Source: an uncultured Thermoleophilia bacterium (GTDB lineage: Bacteria > Actinomycetota > Thermoleophilia > UBA2241). From it: DNA of 64,000 nt. The stretch is from the NCBI GenBank assembly GCA_963702475.1, contig CAVPCT010000005.1:960001-1024000 (forward strand), given 5' to 3'. The notes under the pieces were generated by a model. It did not search any database. It saw only the letters and a list, made by a program, of their open reading frames with translations, and was not told the DNA's origin. Shown here one piece after another: positions 62,422 through 64,000 of this stretch (its first letter is position 1; every line of letters starts with the position of its first letter). Both the position numbers and the translations under genes were made by a program.

Positions 62422-64000
62422 ATGCCGAGTCACTCACAGCGCCGCCTTCGGCTGTCCACTCTTCTCGCAGTTGTCGGGCTATGCTCGCTCTTGGCGCTGC
62501 CAGCACTCGGCTCTCAGCTGTACTTCCGGCACGACGACGCCTCCTTCGTCCTGCTCTCCGCGCGATTCCACGGATCATGGCTTGCCGTTTTCAGCACTGA
62601 CCCCGATGTCAACACCTGGGGCACGCTTGGCGGTCTGAGCGGCTACTATCGTCCCACAGCCTACCTGCTCGCGCTGGGGCTCATACGGACCTTCAACGCG
62701 AACGCCGCTGTACTGATGGCTCTGGCGGGCGCCGCGATGGCCGGCGCAATCGCGCTCTTCTACGTCGCAGCGAGGGCGGTCGCTGACCCGAGAAGAGCGA
62801 CCATAGCCTTGTACGTGGCTCTGTTCGCAGGCACCACGCTCTTGTACCAATCCTTCCGGCTCGTGGTGCCCTGGGGCTATCTGGAGATCATGGCCGCCCT
62901 GGCATGCATGCTCGCCGGTGCGCAACGACGCAGCACAGCGCTGATCCTGCTCGGCGGCCTGTTCTGGGTGCTCTCCTCATCTCGCCAGTCGGCGCTGCTG
63001 CTGGTTCCACTTGTGGTAGTCACCGCCCTGGCGACCGTTCCTTCACTGACGAAGGCCTGGCCCTCGCCGGCGGCGGCCCTGAGGCGGTTCGCGCTCCTGC
63101 TCGGTCCTTTCGCGCTCGCGATCGCCGTGATGCTGATCGTGGGAGGCCTCAGTCGCGGATCTGGGGGCATGTCAGCGGATCCTGCCTACCTCGCTCAGCG
63201 TTATCGCTTCTACGCGGACACGCTGTTCGGGGGGCCGCGCGCCCTCCTGCTCGTTCCGGTCTTCTACAACGCTCTCCTCCTCCGACGCCGGCCGGTGGGG
63301 AACGGCCGCAGTGTCGCCGCAGGCCTGAGCTTGTCGGTGCTGGCCTTGTCCTGCGCAGCGACCGTGATCGTCGGCCTGGTCAGTGCACTCGGCCCGCTCG
63401 CTCTGCTGGTGGCGGGAGCGCTCGGTGCGCGACGTGACCGCACCCTGCTGGTTGGCGTCGTCTGGTTCTGCGTGGGCTTCTCGATCTACCTCGTGCCCGC
63501 CTACTACCACCAGGCGTACAGCCTCGAAGCGTTCCTGGGTCTTGCACTCACGACAGCCTGCTGCACGCCGCTGCTTGCTCGCGACCTGTGGGCGACCGCT
63601 ACCTCTCTGTGGAGCGCGGGGCGCATGGTCCGCGGTGTCATGCTCACGGGCGCCGTGATCGCGCTGGTGCTGTGCGCCGTAGGCGGACTGGCGACGGGGC
63701 CGCGGGCATTCGCGTCGGCTCGCGCGGCCGTCACTGGACTGGTGGACAACAATCGCACGTTCCAGCAGTCCGTCGCGTACCTCTCGGCGCTTGACACGGG
63801 CGGCGATGCAACGGTCCTGGCTTTCTCAAACAGGCAGCGCGGGCTGTCGAATGCGGACTGGCGCAGCCGTGGCCTGACCTATCGGGCAACAGTCGTGCCG
63901 GTCATGGATCTTCCTGAGATCCAGGATCTTCTCGACGCTCTCAGGGGACCTGGCCTGACGTTCGTCCCATACGGAAGGCCGGGACATGTCAGTGTTCCTG
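62422..64000 (+). CDS. GT-C-like polytopic membrane protein; runs off the right edge
   Basis: Not in the ORF track; read from ATG 62422: TM, then YFRHDD...GYYRP and many TMs; segments checked are open to the edge. Confidence 0.7.
   Translation, partial: MPSHSQRRLRLSTLLAVVGLCSLLALPALGSQLYFRHDDASFVLLSARFHGSWLAVFSTDPDVNTWGTLGGLSGYYRPTAYLLALGLIRTFNANAAVLMALAGAAMAGAIALFYVAARAVADPRRATIALYVALFAGTTLLYQSFRLVVPWGYLEIMAALACMLAGAQRRSTALILLGGLFWVLSSSRQSALLLVPLVVVTALATVPSLTKAWPSPAAALRRFALLLGPFALAIAVMLIVGGLSRGSGGMSADPAYLAQRYRFYADTLFGGPRALLLVPVFYNALLLRRRPVGNGRSVAAGLSLSVLALSCAATVIVGLVSALGPLALLVAGALGARRDRTLLVGVVWFCVGFSIYLVPAYYHQAYSLEAFLGLALTTACCTPLLARDLWATATSLWSAGRMVRGVMLTGAVIALVLCAVGGLATGPRAFASARAAVTGLVDNNRTFQQSVAYLSALDTGGDATVLAFSNRQRGLSNADWRSRGLTYRATVVPVMDLPEIQDLLDALRGPGLTFVPYGRPGHVSVP

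Overview
This is a very GC-rich window, probably from an anaerobic or facultative Actinomycetota (Thermoleophilia-like, inferred from the CarD, IleRS2, class II DAHP synthase and codon style). About 1-40 kb is an accessory patchwork. It holds a sulfate-ester module (SulP, SBF transporter, two Cys-type arylsulfatases, one anSME maturase plus a remnant), hydrolases and many gene remnants. It also holds a TetR-controlled glycyl radical enzyme (GRE) operon with a LicB-like transporter, a DUF4386/TetR/MDR cluster, and a GGDEF-EAL gene convergent with a LuxI/FeeM-like acyltransferase. About 40-53 kb is mostly housekeeping (DAHP synthase, flap endonuclease, nadE, lysC-asd, trxB-trxA, ileS). About 53-64 kb is a surface-glycan region. 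Several otherwise intact genes carry single-base frameshifts that look like sequencing indels. The best candidate for a new system is the GRE operon: the enzyme has a hybrid CutC/diol-dehydratase active site, is paired with a choline-type transporter, and has no microcompartment genes in the window. No rRNA, tRNA, CRISPR array or intact transposase was recognised. All family calls are by-eye motif recognition, not database searches.
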